Source: Schizosaccharomyces osmophilus
Lineage: Eukaryota
Direction: 5' to 3'
NCBI RefSeq assembly: GCF_027921745.1
Contig: NC_079238.1
Location: 2,046,001 to 2,110,000, forward strand
Length of the DNA: 64,000 bases
Shown here one piece after another: positions 36,465 to 49,359 of this stretch. The notes beneath the pieces are model-generated. The model did not search any database. It worked only from the letters and a program-made list of their open reading frames with translations, and was not told where the DNA came from. Both the position numbers and the translations under genes were made by a program. The first letter of the stretch is position 1; each line of letters begins with the position of its first letter.

Positions 36465-36992
36465 ATGGCCAACTCTACGAACGCCCCTAGTCACCCTTCT
36501 TATGCAGAGATTTTAAAAGACAATGCACTTCCACAGACGGAAGAAGAGAAGGCTGCTCCCCTTCCTCCTCAGGTCGAACCTGTTTTTGCCGAACAGCACC
36601 CTCAGAGAGACGAAAAAGTGGTTGTCTTAGACGAACAGGACGCCGGTTCTTATTTGCATCCTGGCGTGCCTGGTGAAGACGATGGAAAGGAAGAAACCCA
36701 TGGCAAGAAAAAGGGAGCAAATAAGAAGAAAGAAGTTGAGAAAGAATACAAAGGTTTTATCGAAAAAGTTTCCGGATTTTTCACTGGAGGCGGTAAGACT
36801 TCTGCTTGTGCTGCCATTTCCCTCGATCTTGCCGGTATCGGTGCTCTCTCTGCCTACTTGTTGAATCGCCGTCAAACAGAAAGCTTGACTAACCGTTCCT
36901 TGTATACTTGCACTGCTTTAGCTGGAATCCTGTTGGCTACCACTGCCATTGTGTATAAAAAGCCAAAAGTTTGCAAGAGAAAAACTACCTAA
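36465..36992 (+). CDS. Small membrane protein (SPBC11C11.06c-like), possibly Om14 family
   Basis: 175 aa from ATG 36465; charged N-half, two C-terminal hydrophobic helices, basic tail. Confidence 0.8.
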   Translation: MANSTNAPSHPSYAEILKDNALPQTEEEKAAPLPPQVEPVFAEQHPQRDEKVVVLDEQDAGSYLHPGVPGEDDGKEETHGKKKGANKKKEVEKEYKGFIEKVSGFFTGGGKTSACAAISLDLAGIGALSAYLLNRRQTESLTNRSLYTCTALAGILLATTAIVYKKPKVCKRKTT

Positions 36993-37586
36993 ACACGATG
37001 ACAGTGTACAATGTGAAAGAATTGAATCGGGAATCTATCCCTTTTCCACTTTATATTAACCTCATTACGAATTCTACCTTATATATGGATACTTATGATT
37101 CCTAATTTCTAGTCCGTTTCTATATATCATTTCCTAGCTAATGAGCGCATAAAGCTCATTCCTTTTTTCCTATAAATAGTTTACAATAAATTTCAAATTG
37201 GTGCTCTTATAAATATGTTGCATAAAAAGTCCATATGCCTGTATCGTAAACCAATGTTGGTTTCCTAAGCCTTGCAAAGCGTAGCATTATGGAAATGTCA
37301 CCCACCATCTCTATCTTCCATTACAATTTTAATTCCCTTGGCGTACAATTGGATGAAATCAACATGGTACTTAGTTTATGAGGACACTTACAGAATATTT
37401 CTTCTTCTACTCGAAAACACTATATAAACTTTCGTAACGATAAAAAAATATGTCATTGACCAGATAGAAAACCATGAATTAAACGAATTACCGCCATGCA
37501 CTAATCAAAGGCACATATGCGTAGAAACAAATGTATCTATGAAACACTTGATCCAAAAAGATCGACGTGCAACTATAAAGAGCGTG

Positions 37587-37593
<7 letters not shown>

Positions 37594-37619
<26 letters not shown>
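37594..37619. repeat. (AT)13 microsatellite
   Basis: Read directly from the sequence, in a convergent intergenic region. Confidence 0.9.
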
Positions 37620-38003
37620 CAATTAAACGAATGCAGAAATAAAAGCGACCCGTTGTAAAAAACTAAAGAAAAGAAAGAAAATTGGTCTTAAATGTCGAAT
37701 GAAAATGCTCATGATCACCATATCCATGAGAAGAATAAAAGTGAACCCAACATTAGTAAAAAAGAAGCCATAGATGCAGTAAAATGAACGTAGGAAATTA
37801 CTACGTTCCATCACTCTCACTCAGAAAAGACAATTTGGCAAAAGATAGGAACAATAAAGGCACATTCACCGTGAAACAGATAAAAAAGCTGTTTAAATCC
37901 TATGTGCCTGTAAAAATATACAAGAGGGGAAGCAAAAAAGAAACAGTTATATAAAAAAACTCTGACATTATTGTTTATAGCGATGGATAGCTCCTCCAAT
38001 GTT

Positions 38004-38852
38004 TTAAGGATGGAACAAACCACGACGAGGCTCATCAATACGCATGCGGCGTTTCTCGTATTCCATTACTTCATCACGAGACCAGAGATCTCTTCTTCTC
38101 AAACCATAGGTAGGAGTAGCAGTAACCACTGGAGAAGAAGCCGTGGAAGCATAGTTTGCATATAGGGTGTAAGTGTAAGATGGACCAGGCTGCACAGTAG
38201 AAGTGGGGTAAGGCATGCTACCATATTTTGTGAAAACACTGTAGGAAGAGGTTTCCCAAAGACGTGAAAAACTTGTAGTTTGAGCAGTAAAGACAGAACC
38301 CGGTCTCTGTTGCATGGGACCAGTACGAATTCGACCGGTCTGTTTCAAATACCAGTCTCTCATAGTACCGGTTGGCCACGATAAAGTAAATTCTGGTTGC
38401 ACTGGAGTGTTAGACCAAACGCCCAGCTGCATAAGCGTCTGAAAAACATTGCCATCAAAGGTACCCGTGAGTCCAGTGATAGTAAAGAAATCGGAATAGT
38501 CATTGATAGTTTTTCCGTTAGTAGTAGTAGACTGTGCCCAAATAAACCAGACTCTGCCCGGACGTCCTTGACTGACTGGCATGGAAAAAGGACCATACGA
38601 ACCGGTCGAGGAAGGCTTCACGGCTTCTGGGACCATGTAGCAATACTTGGGCTGGTCAGCACTATTTGTACAGATTTGGAACTTTGTATTTTCAATATCT
38701 TTTAAAGAAACTCCGAAATTCGACTCTGCCCATTTAATTGTGATGGCATCGTATGAAAATGAGTCTGTAGTCGATGGTTGAGTAAATCTAATTTGTGCAA
38801 AAGCACATTGAATAATTGAGTACCAAACAAGCAGACAATAAACCCACCACAT
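38004..38852 (-). CDS. Kre9/Knh1-family secreted beta-1,6-glucan synthesis protein
   Basis: Signal peptide MWWVYCLLVWYSIIQCAFA from ATG 38852; INDYSDFFTITGLTG, KQTGRIRTGPMQQRPG, NYAST motifs; an in-frame upstream ATG lies at 38939. Confidence 0.85.
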   Translation of the reverse strand: MWWVYCLLVWYSIIQCAFAQIRFTQPSTTDSFSYDAITIKWAESNFGVSLKDIENTKFQICTNSADQPKYCYMVPEAVKPSSTGSYGPFSMPVSQGRPGRVWFIWAQSTTTNGKTINDYSDFFTITGLTGTFDGNVFQTLMQLGVWSNTPVQPEFTLSWPTGTMRDWYLKQTGRIRTGPMQQRPGSVFTAQTTSFSRLWETSSYSVFTKYGSMPYPTSTVQPGPSYTYTLYANYASTASSPVVTATPTYGLRRRDLWSRDEVMEYEKRRMRIDEPRRGLFHP

Positions 38853-39510
38853 CTTTACTTTGCTTCCTTTCCTTCTGGTAGGCTTAGTAGAAGGATAGCA
38901 AGTAGGAAGGAATTGAAGAGGAACAGTTTTGGTTACCATGACGACAACGGGTAGGGAATGCTAGTGAAATACGTTAGTAAATAAATAATATATAAATATG
39001 AATGCCATAAAATTAATAATTAGGACAAATGGAAAGGGAATGGAAACAAAATGAGCCATATATAATGTGAAGTTTCTCTTTTAAGTCTTCAAATGAATTG
39101 TCGAAGTTTATTGGTTTGCTATTTTTAGCAAATAATCCTGATATATGTATTTGCAGAAATTTTGAAAGAAGGATTGTTTGGACGTCTTAAAGAAGAATTG
39201 CATGAGGATCTCTAATATTGTCTACGGCTTACTTTCCTTGTCCTTTATTTTTTTCATTGCATTGCACTCTTGGGTTAAGTCTTGCATCGCTCACATTCAA
39301 CCAGTACACTTTACGAAATTATGTCTTGCTAAGAAATTCATTCATTCTTTTTAAATTTTATTGCTTTGAAAAGGAATAGAAACAAAAAAAAAACACATCG
39401 TATGCAGAATCGTTGACCTTGTCCTCACATCGTTTGAACAGCCAGAACACTTTTTGTACATCATCACTCTTGACTCGGTTCGATAAACTTCTTTATGTGA
39501 TTTTTGGCAG

Positions 39511-42500
39511 ATGGAATTTGACGAAGAAACACCTGGCTTTCTTATACCCAACGAAGAAGAATTTCTGACCGGGTTCGTCTATAACATCGAATCCTTTTGC
39601 AAAAGTCTTGAAGCTGGCGACGATCCCTCTCAAAAACAACGTTTATGTGATGAAGTGCTAAAATACGTATGAATTCCCAATTCTCTTTATGATCCTCTTC
39701 TGACTAGTCTTTACAGATACAAGGTTGCCAGCAACAACCTATCTTACTAGATAAAATCCTCGCCCAGTATGTTCCCATACTAAGCAATTTTGTGCATTCT
39801 AATGACGATTCAAACAATTTTCTCAGTTCCTTGGTTCTGTACAATTTTTGCCGAATTAGAGGCCACAAAATCATTCGTGTCTTATTTCCCACAGAAGTGC
39901 AGCAACTTGAGACACTTTATCAGTTCCTAATAAATGAATTAGATTTGCCATGGCAGACAATTTATGTGAACTTTTTGTGGCTTTCTCAATTGCTGAACAT
40001 CCCATTCCCACTTTCTTCCATTGAGCAAAGCAAAAATCTCCAACTTCGTATTGCAGACCTTTCTCTTTTTTTTTTAGATAGGAGTGGACGGGAAAGAGAA
40101 GCTGCTTCTTTGGTTTTGGCGCGTTTACTCTCCAGACAAGATTGCATGCATTTATTACCAAGCATCCTACAATCCTCAATTGATTCATGGGATTCAAAAA
40201 ATCTCTTTTATAAAATTGGATTTCTTTCATCTTTGGCAGTAACTTTGAAGATTTGTCAAAGAGAAGACTTTTTGGATTATGCCAGCAACGTTTTATTGTT
40301 TTTAAGATTCGTCCAAGCATCAAATTCCTCAAGTAAAAGTACCGCTCTACACAAACTCCTCTCGAAATGCTATGCAAGGGTCGGATTACTTTTGATTCCC
40401 ATAAATGCATCCTCCAATTGGAAATATAACCCTTTAATCCCAGACTCTTTTCATTCTTTACCCCAAGACACCGAAATGTCGGTTCATAGCTATTTGGAGG
40501 AAATCATTGATTTTCTGCTTTCTTCAGTCGAATACAACGATACTTTTGTGCGCTGGTCTGCTGCAAAAGGCCTAGCCAGAATTGTGGAACGTCTTCCTTG
40601 GTACTTGGCCGAACAAGTAATCGACGCTGTTATCATTTTAACACTCGATAACACCTTTTTGAATCCAATTTATAATACTGTTAACATATCAATTACTTGT
40701 CCTGATCTTTGGCATGGTTCTATGCTATTCTTTGCTAGGTTGGCAAACATGAGGCTTTTGAAACATAAAACAATTTTGCATATTCTACCCCTTGTTGAAT
40801 TAGTAAGTTATACCCATAACAGGTTCATTATTTAAAATCTAACAATATATCCCACAGGGTTTGTCTTATGAAATACGCGTTGGAACACGAGTTTCTGGTC
40901 AGAGCATTCGTGATGCTTCTTGCTATTTCATATGGTCTCTGTACAGATCCTATTTGCGTAAAGATATTGAGCCTGTTCAGTTGAATCTTGTGCATACTTT
41001 GCTTCAAACTTTGTTGTTTGACAGAGAAGTAAATATCCGTAGAGCAGCAACGGCCGCTTTATTCGAGATGGTTGGAAGACATGGCTCAGTACCCGATGGT
41101 TTGAATCTTATTTCATTCCTTAATTACACATCTGTTTCTGATCTTTCTTACTGCTATTGCGAGTATGCATTAGAGGTTGCCAAAAACCCACATTTTCGTA
41201 CTTGCATTTACCAAAAGTTGTTGCAAAATTTGCATCATTTTGATTCCAAAATTCAGAATTTAGCAGACGCATCCTTGTATAAATTGTTTTCAATATACCG
41301 CAAGGAAGCTACCGTGTATTTGCCTTTTCTTAAAGACCGACTTTCAACCGGAAATACTGATCATGCTTATGGAGATTTTCTCGCCATTGGAAACATTTTG
41401 AGGTGCTTATTAGATCAAGACTCTTCCAAGGTTATTGACGAAGTTGGATCTTTACTTGATTATGGCACTTATATGCCGGTTGCTAGATTTTCCCGTTCGC
41501 AGAAAACCAAAGTACTTTCTGGAGTTTGCCGAATGATAAACTCTATATTCTCTTCTCAATGCGTTTTTGGTAAAAATCTAACAGATTCTGCCTTAAATTG
41601 TCTTAAAAGTGCAATTTCCCTTCGAGAGGAATCAATCACTGAGGATGTATCGAATGCATTTAACTCTTTGATACAACATGACTCATCAAACAGCTACTTA
41701 TTTGAGTTTATGTCTTTGTATAATATAAACTCTTCTCCTGAAGAGTTCTTGACAGTCGTTTCTATAATTGAAAAACTGCCTGATATTGATATATCTCAAC
41801 AAGAAAAGATTGTTTCATATTTGAAAACATCATATTGCTCGAAGGTAAGAAACTTGAAATGGGTGTGCATACTAATTTATAGAACGTATCTATAGAGTTC
41901 CAGACTTCAATTATTTCGGCTTTCAGAGGCCTATGTCAAAGTGTGTACAGAAAGTCAACGGGTACTAAAGTAAATGAATTTACAAACTTTCTTGTTTCAA
42001 TTTCTTATAACTATAGAATCGATACAAGAGGTGATGTAGGCTCATGGGTAAGAAAACAATCCTTGCTTGTGTTCAAACTGTTGATTACTTTGGATTCACA
42101 ATTCCAAAAACTTCAAAAATCTCATGTCAGCTCAATTTTTTCTTTTATGGTTCGTCAAGCATTTGATAAAATTGATAATATTCGTTTGTTGGCCTTACAG
42201 TGCTTAAACGATTTGAAAGGACATCCCGTATTAAAATGTGACGAAGGCTTACAAAACATTATTGCATCTTCATACAAATGCGAGGCAGAATATTTTAAAA
42301 AAATAAAAGAAGAAAGTTTGAATATCCGGTTTCTCGAATATCCTGTTTTTCGTGAAGATGCTTTTAAAGGTATAGTGGCTTTCACAGGAAATGGCTTTGG
42401 AGGTGGAAAGGTATTGGAATATAGCAAACACCAATTAGTTTATTAACTTTTTAGATATTTTTATGTTACAATAATTACAAGCATTATGTTTGCCAGTTGA

Positions 42501-43104
42501 AAGATTTCAGAAATGAAAGTGGTTCAGACTGTGGGTTGTCGAAACAAGATATTTTCGATCTATATGTCCATTTTTTATTATCTGAGGCAGAGGATAACCG
42601 TTTTTACTACCAAGTAGTATCGTCTTTTACGTCCTTGTTACTCAGTGGTTTATTTGAGAGGTTCACTTCTACAAAGTCGTATGTGCATATCATCTAAATT
42701 CATCTACTAACAGTTCAAGTGTTGTCCGTATAGCTTTTCTAGCTCAAAGAAGAGCTACAAAATGTACTTCAACAGCAGGAATTATCATTATTCTTAACAT
42801 GTTAAGAAGTTTCCTGATATCCAAGTATGACATCTTAGCATTATACTCTTTTAAGTATATATCCAATTTTCTTGTGCATTCTCGAGAAAATATTAGGTTA
42901 CAGGCTGCAGATATCCTTTTCTTTGCTATTCAAGCAAAGATTACTACTTTCATTCCCGAACATATCATAGAGGAGTTTCTTACTGTGGATTGGTATGCGC
43001 CTTTGCATACGAATGCTAAGTTTGTAAAGGGATTCAGACAGATTATCCAGTCCAAAATTGAGCAGGATGAACAGTCTATGAAAAAAGAGAAAAAAAGGCT
43101 GTAA
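39511..43104 (+). CDS. alp1: Tubulin-folding cofactor D, about five introns
   Basis: ATG 39511; DTFVRWSAAKG, IRDASCY, LFDREVNIRRAATAALFEMVGRHG, IDTRGDVGSWVR; introns near 39667, 40803, 41845, 42410, 42679. Confidence 0.92.
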
Positions 43105-43391
43105 TGTCCCTAATTTTTAGCATGACAACTCAAAGAAATGGAATAATATATTTATTTGGTTTATTAAAAATCACTACAACGGCATTAGAGTATACAAGTA
43201 GTAAAATAAAGCCGGTTTAGAAGTCAGAAACTAGCTTTTGTTCAACATCAAAAAGATGGCATGATATGCACAATTAAAAAGAATTATAAGAAATATAAAA
43301 AACAAACAAAAAACCCATTGCAATTTAGCCAAATGAACGAATTATGAAATATCAGGATCGTAACCAAAATCGTAAAAATGAAAAAGAAGGA

Positions 43392-45379
43392 CTAAACAAT
43401 TTTTGACCGAAGTTCCTCAACTTCTTTCATATAGTCCGTTTCCAGTCCCTCTAGGCTATCTTGAATATACAACTTAAACTGTATTATTTCACTGAGCATA
43501 TAAGCAACCTCCTTGTAAATGTTATTTTTATACTCCATGCATGCATGAGCCAGTTGATCTGCCTCAATAGTAATGGTTTGGATCCGCTGATCCAGTTGCA
43601 GCATGCTGTTATGTGAAGAAAGTTTAAGTTGCTGTAAATCATGCTCTAATTTCTGAGATTCCGCATTTAGTGATGTCTTCTCTTGGTTTGCTGACTCACG
43701 CAACATAGTACATTCTTTGATTACTGTATTTAAACGGGACTCAATAGTGTTCAGCTCATCTTGTAATTCTGCGACGGCGTCATTTAATGCATCAAGTACT
43801 TCTTGGATTTTTAGAGACTTGTTTTGTTCCTCATGAAATTCCATAGTTATAGAGTGACGAACTTGATTCAAAAATGGTCGTACATTATTCTTTAAATCAA
43901 GATTTATGGAACCAGTATCTGGGTCTAAGATTAATTCGAAATTACCGTTTCTTGCACGAGGAGCAGTTGAAGGAATAATCCCAATTCGATAAGCCAAATT
44001 ACTATATGTTTGAGATTCCTTTTCAATGGTATCAATTTTCGACTGCACTAAAAGATCTTTGTCAAAAACCTCTTTTCTTAGCTCGGTTATCTTATTGCCA
44101 ATGAAATTTATGTTTCGATCCAATTGTTCTTGCTCAGACATCATTTTTTGATATTCAGCTGTTGATATGGATTGCATATCGACTCTCGATTTTAAGGATT
44201 TCTTCCTCTCATTCAGTTCATGTAACTGTGTTTCTTTTTCGGTAAGACTCAGCTGAATTTGCTTCTTTAAAGTAGTCTTCGACTCCATTCTTGATTGAAT
44301 TGAGGACATAAATGATTGGAGTTTAACTTCATCCCGTTGCATTGTTTTGAATCTTTCTTCTAAAAGCTCGATGGTAGAGTCCAAATCACCTGCTGCTTGC
44401 TTTTGCTTTAGTAATTCATCATTTTCATGTTGTAGCAACTGAATTTTAGCATTAATTTCCTTATTTTGCTCCTCAAACGATGCCTTTAATTCTTGTTCCG
44501 GTTCTTCATCCATAGAAGCCTGTAAAAATAAATGGTACTTTCGAACAAGGTAGTCAAATAGTGTCTTGTTGACGAAGTGATCATTCAATGTATCGTTTTC
44601 TACGAAATAAGCCATATCAACAGCCTGCTCGGTACACTGGATCAAGCATACAAGCCAATGCAACATCCCTAAAATGGCAGGCCAGCTATGAGGAGTTCCT
44701 ATAGCTACCAAACGGGATCGAGATATTGACTCTATGAAAGGATATCGCAAATTCTTTAAGCAGTTTATAACGTCTTCTTCATAACGAGCTCCAAACCGAA
44801 ACCTTGGGTCCATCTTATTGTATAAGAATTTGAATATAGAAGCAAATTCCTTTGTAGTAGGTAGAAACCTGTTATTGGGAGTCAATGGCTGTGGATAACC
44901 GCACTCTAACAGAAAATTAACTACATAAGCAGCACACTCTTGCTGATATCGTTTATCTGTCAATGGACGGGGATCCTTCATACTCGAAGCAGATGTAGCT
45001 TGGCCCATAAAAGATGCACTTGACATCCTTCGATTCATTATGCTAGACCTGCGTACCCTAACATCATTAGTATGCTGTTACATGCCTCTGCTAAAAGTCC
45101 ATTTATGCCTTACCCTGGTGCCAAGCTGGGTCTCATAGAAGGTGTCGCAAGCCGCGCAGAAGACATTGTCATTCCATCCACGTCCATAGAAGGACGGATT
45201 GGAAGAAGTGTACGCTGAGGTGCTAAACTCGTTCGTCCACTCACCAGTCCATTATCGGCGAATGTCGAATTTCGAATACCTGATGATGAAGGAACTTGAG
45301 AATATCCTAAATTTGATTTATTAGTCATAAAATTTAATTAACTTAACTTACTTCTCACATAAGACGAAGAATCTTGCAT
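43392..45379 (-). CDS. ndc80: Kinetochore protein Ndc80, two introns
   Basis: ATG 45379; KDPRPLTDKRYQ, LRYPF, HSWPAILGMLHWL, long coiled coil. Confidence 0.95.
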
Positions 45380-45381
45380 TT

Positions 45382-45392
45382 GTAAACAAACA
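45382..45392. promoter_or_regulatory. FLEX element abutting the ndc80 start codon
   Basis: Exact GTAAACAAACA ending 2 nt before the ATG. Confidence 0.55.
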
Positions 45393-45706
45393 TACGTTAA
45401 TTGTTGTTCTGTTTCCTAGAGAAGCATATACCGTGTTTCTATGTCGCGCACAAAAATTTGTTATCGCTGGCAAAATGCTTTCAGTCTTTATACAAGATTT
45501 GGGATGTAAGTTTGAAGTAAATTGGAATTTATTAAAGTATTTATCTCTATTCAATTCTGTAAATGCCAGTACATTTAAGCTATTAGAGTTGTTAACCAAC
45601 GAAATTTCAAAACGATAAATAAACAAAAGATCATCAAAATAAACAAAAAGATGGGAAGTATGCAAGAACAAAAGAATGCACAAGATCTGAAAACATTTAT
45701 CGATGA

Positions 45707-47947
45707 TTAAACATCAATTTGACGCACAAAATTAGAAGGGAATTGGCCTCTATTATGATCATCGTCGCCAACAACAAAGCCTTCCCACCAACCATCTTCA
45801 TAAAGTCTTATTACGGCAATAGTATCGCCTTTCTGGAAAGAAATCTCTTCAGGGATAGCAGCATCGTAGTTATAGAGTGCATGAACGTACCCAAGGATCT
45901 TTTGTCCGTCTGAACTTGTTGGGGTCTCCATATCTAAAGAATGACTATCTTCTTCAGCATCGTATTCACCAGACATAGGATTTGACAAGTTTGCAACGCC
46001 ATGCCCATTCGATGCAAGAAAATCATCCTTGATAGAGGATTCGAGTTCTGATTGGTAATCTTCATCATTCATAGTTCCGCCTAGGTCTTCGACAGAATCT
46101 TCCTTGACTTCATAATCATATTCCGGTTCAATAGCACCAGGGGTCAAAGATCGTGGTAGCCTGGATGCACGACGTGAATGGGAAGAAGAAGGTCTCGAAG
46201 ACTGGTTCCTTCGCAAACTGAACGAAGAATTGTTTTTTCGATTATCAGAAATGGGAGAAACAGCTCTGTTCTCCATTTTCATAACACTACTAAATTCATC
46301 CTGAATCTGTTGTCTTCTGGAAACCGGAGAAATGCTTTGATAAGGTGGGGGATTAGTTAATCCCGAGTCAGTATCAGGCTTATTGCTCTGTACGGACATT
46401 TTTTGAAAGTTTTCATCCATGGGTGACATGTCCGAAGAAGGATTAAAGACATTGGGGGTAACAGGGCGGCTCGATTTTTTAAATTTACTAAGGAGTTTCT
46501 TATGTGGTGACAATCGGCCTGATTGAGATGAATTAGAAGACATTGACGCAGCTGTCTGATTGACAGCAGCAGAGACGCTTTGTGAGCCAACGGATCCTCC
46601 CAAGGTAGCATTCCCTGTACGAGCAGCTGCTGAAAGAGTATAGGGGCGATTTAGGGTCATGTGGTCGTTTTCGACATTGGATGGAGCGCGATCAAAATTT
46701 GCTTGGACTAGCTCTACAACATTTTCAGGAGCTTCGCCTTTATAAAAGTCGTAAAATTTAGGAGGTTGAGGAATACCGGTTCCGGTAGCTCGAGAATCGA
46801 TAAAACTTAAAACGTCGGTATTGACATTGCACGTCTCCAGGGATTTTCGGATGCGTTCGCAAGCTTCATCATCATTGAAAGCGCCACGAGAAACGAGAAG
46901 GGTAAAAGTCCAAAGGACACTTCTTAGAAAATGGCGACGCTCTTCTTCAATATCCTGGAGCTTATCACAAGCCGACTTCCACTCCCTTATCCAACGGTTG
47001 TATGTATCTGAGACGGTTTGAACGCTAGCTTTGTATTCGGAAACACTGGATGCAATCGAATTTTGAGTCTTTTTCAGCTTGGAGTTGTTCCTTTCCAAAT
47101 CCTTTCCAACCAGCATATTCTGTTGGGAAACATAATAGTTTACCTTTTTGCACAAATAATGGTACTTGTCTTGAGCCTTTGAAAAGTCATTAGCAAAAAA
47201 TAGATATCATTTTAGGGAGGAGTGTCTCACCTTTTCGTAGTTTTGTTTCTTTGACTCCTTTTCCTTGTGGCACTTTTCAATGCTAGCGATAATCTAAAGC
47301 AGTGTTAGTCGAAGATAATTCGAAGGGAAAAATAAGTAGATTTCAATACAATTTTCTTTTTGTCTTTTAAAGATATAGCATAGCGACTAAAAGCGTTGGA
47401 GACATCGTCTTGTAAAAGCTGGGCGATTGCAAGACGGTTTTTGCCCATAGTATCCATTTCGGACTTCATCATTTGAATGGATGCTTTTAGAGTTCCAGTT
47501 TCATTGGCACCCACATTGGAGCGGGCCAATTTGGCCATTCGTTTAGCATAATCCTCCTCGATGCTTGCTCTACAGAAGACTTGTTAGAAATAAAAACGAA
47601 AAAGAGAAAAGATGTGTCATTCCCATTGTATAAATTCGTTTTCTTTTCTCAAAAAAAAAAAAAAATGAAGAAAGTTCTGGGAATGTTACCAAGGAGAAGA
47701 GAAGAGACATACCTTTCGTGAAAAAATGACCGTAGGTCTTCATTGATATGTTTTATTTCGCTGAAACGAGAAAGTAGGGCATAGTAACCTTCGTCATTCA
47801 CTCCCTAAATATGAAAAGAACGTTAGAAAAGTTAAATACAAGCAGAAAAGGCAGTAGGATGCCATGGAATTGTCATACCCAAAAGTAATTGGAAAAGCTC
47901 CTTGGAGGATTCGATGACTGAGCATTGAAATTTAATGTTGTAGCCAT
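45707..47947 (-). CDS. imp2: F-BAR/SH3 contractile-ring protein Imp2, four introns
   Basis: ATG 47947 ..SFSNYFW|GVNDEGY..ERASIEEDYAKR F-BAR; C-terminal SH3 ALYNYDA..DGWWEG..GQFPSNFV. Confidence 0.92.
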
Positions 47948-48705
47948 TCTATGAAAAGAAAGTAATGCAAGAAGCTCAGGATCCTCTCTCGCAGTTTTTC
48001 TGTATTTACTCAAAGTCGGTAGTGAACGCCTCGATGTAAACGAACAGAGCAGACAGGGTAAATAAATGGTAGCCGTTGCTAGGTAAGATTTGAATGTAAA
48101 TAAACCCGAGAATAAACAAAAAAAAATAGAAGAAAAATATAAAATCAAGTATGATTTTACCATCTTTAAGAAAAGGAACCAGAAAAAGATAGAGAATAAA
48201 TAAATAATAAATAATAAAGAAAGTATGATTCGTAGAATGAATCCATCGAATACGTTGTAGATATTAAATTGTAGCTTCTTTGTGGTGACATGTCTGGCTC
48301 CATAACATTGCGCTTGCTATATAGAAAGCTATTCCATTCAAGCGCAAGTAAAAAAGGTTATCGATTGTGTTTCTGTGAAAGTAATGGTATGCTATCCTAA
48401 TACCCTTTTGACATAAAAAAAAAAGGAGATGTCAAAATGGTCTACTGATTGACCATGTCAATGAATAGCAACATTTCTATTGGATTTCTTTTCTTAATTA
48501 CCTTTGTCAATGGTTTCTACCTATGCGTACCCTTAGGAACATGCTGCGTATCCCGATTATTCAACTAAAATTGGTCACATACAAACTTCACCGTAAAACC
48601 ATCTCGATAAAATAACTCATAATTTTTAATTCCTTGATTCCTGTGTCTATTCTTTCTCTTTTTCTCCCTCGCAAACAAAGACATACTTTTCCATGGTTTA
48701 TTGTT

Positions 48706-48790
48706 TGTTTGTTTACTCTCAAATCAAGGACTTGTTTCATTATGACATCACCAGAAGATAGAGGCGCGAGCGCTTATGAGGCTATATAAA
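48706..48790 (+). promoter_or_regulatory. tam11 promoter: FLEX (TGTTTGTTTAC, 48706-48716), CRE-like TGACATCA and TATA box
   Basis: Motifs ordered upstream of ATG 48932; TATATAA at 48784. Confidence 0.55.
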
Positions 48791-48931
48791 GAACATGCGC
48801 GTCCCTGCTCTTGTTGGCAATAACCAAAAAGGAGAATTCACTAGAGTCCTGCCTGAAACGACTTAGTTTTGTGTTTTTTGAAGAATTGGTATACATACGT
48901 TTCATTCCCTCATTTCAATTGACAGTATAAA

Positions 48932-49126
48932 ATGACTGAAGAAAGAAAACTAAAAAGCTCCGTCAAGGACGCCGACCATAAAGTTACCTTCAACATTGAA
49001 CGTGTCCGCCACGGCTTAAACAACTTTTTTGACGATATTGGCAGTGCCGTCAAAAAAGAAAGCAATACTGGAACTACACAAGCGAGCAAACAAGCTGAAC
49101 GCGCTGAAAAACCTGGAAAAATGTAA
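48932..49126 (+). CDS. tam11: Small Schizosaccharomyces protein (64 aa)
   Basis: AAAATG context, TATA promoter, protein-like composition; name assigned from recalled position, not from an alignment. Confidence 0.6.
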   Translation: MTEERKLKSSVKDADHKVTFNIERVRHGLNNFFDDIGSAVKKESNTGTTQASKQAERAEKPGKM

Positions 49127-49359
49127 TCATACCTTACCGTCATTCCCTTTTAACTCTTAAAAATCAAGTCTTTTTGCTGTGAAAAATTCTTTTCTGTATT
49201 ATTACGCTGTTTTTGTGTTTCGTTTGCTTGCTTTTTATGATATTATGATTACAGGGAAACTGTTCCCTTTTAGCTATATCTTCTATATTTACTGTGTCCT
49301 GTAGCATAAACTTGTCGTAAATTTGATGTGTCATGTAGTATTGTTGATCACCTTCATCA

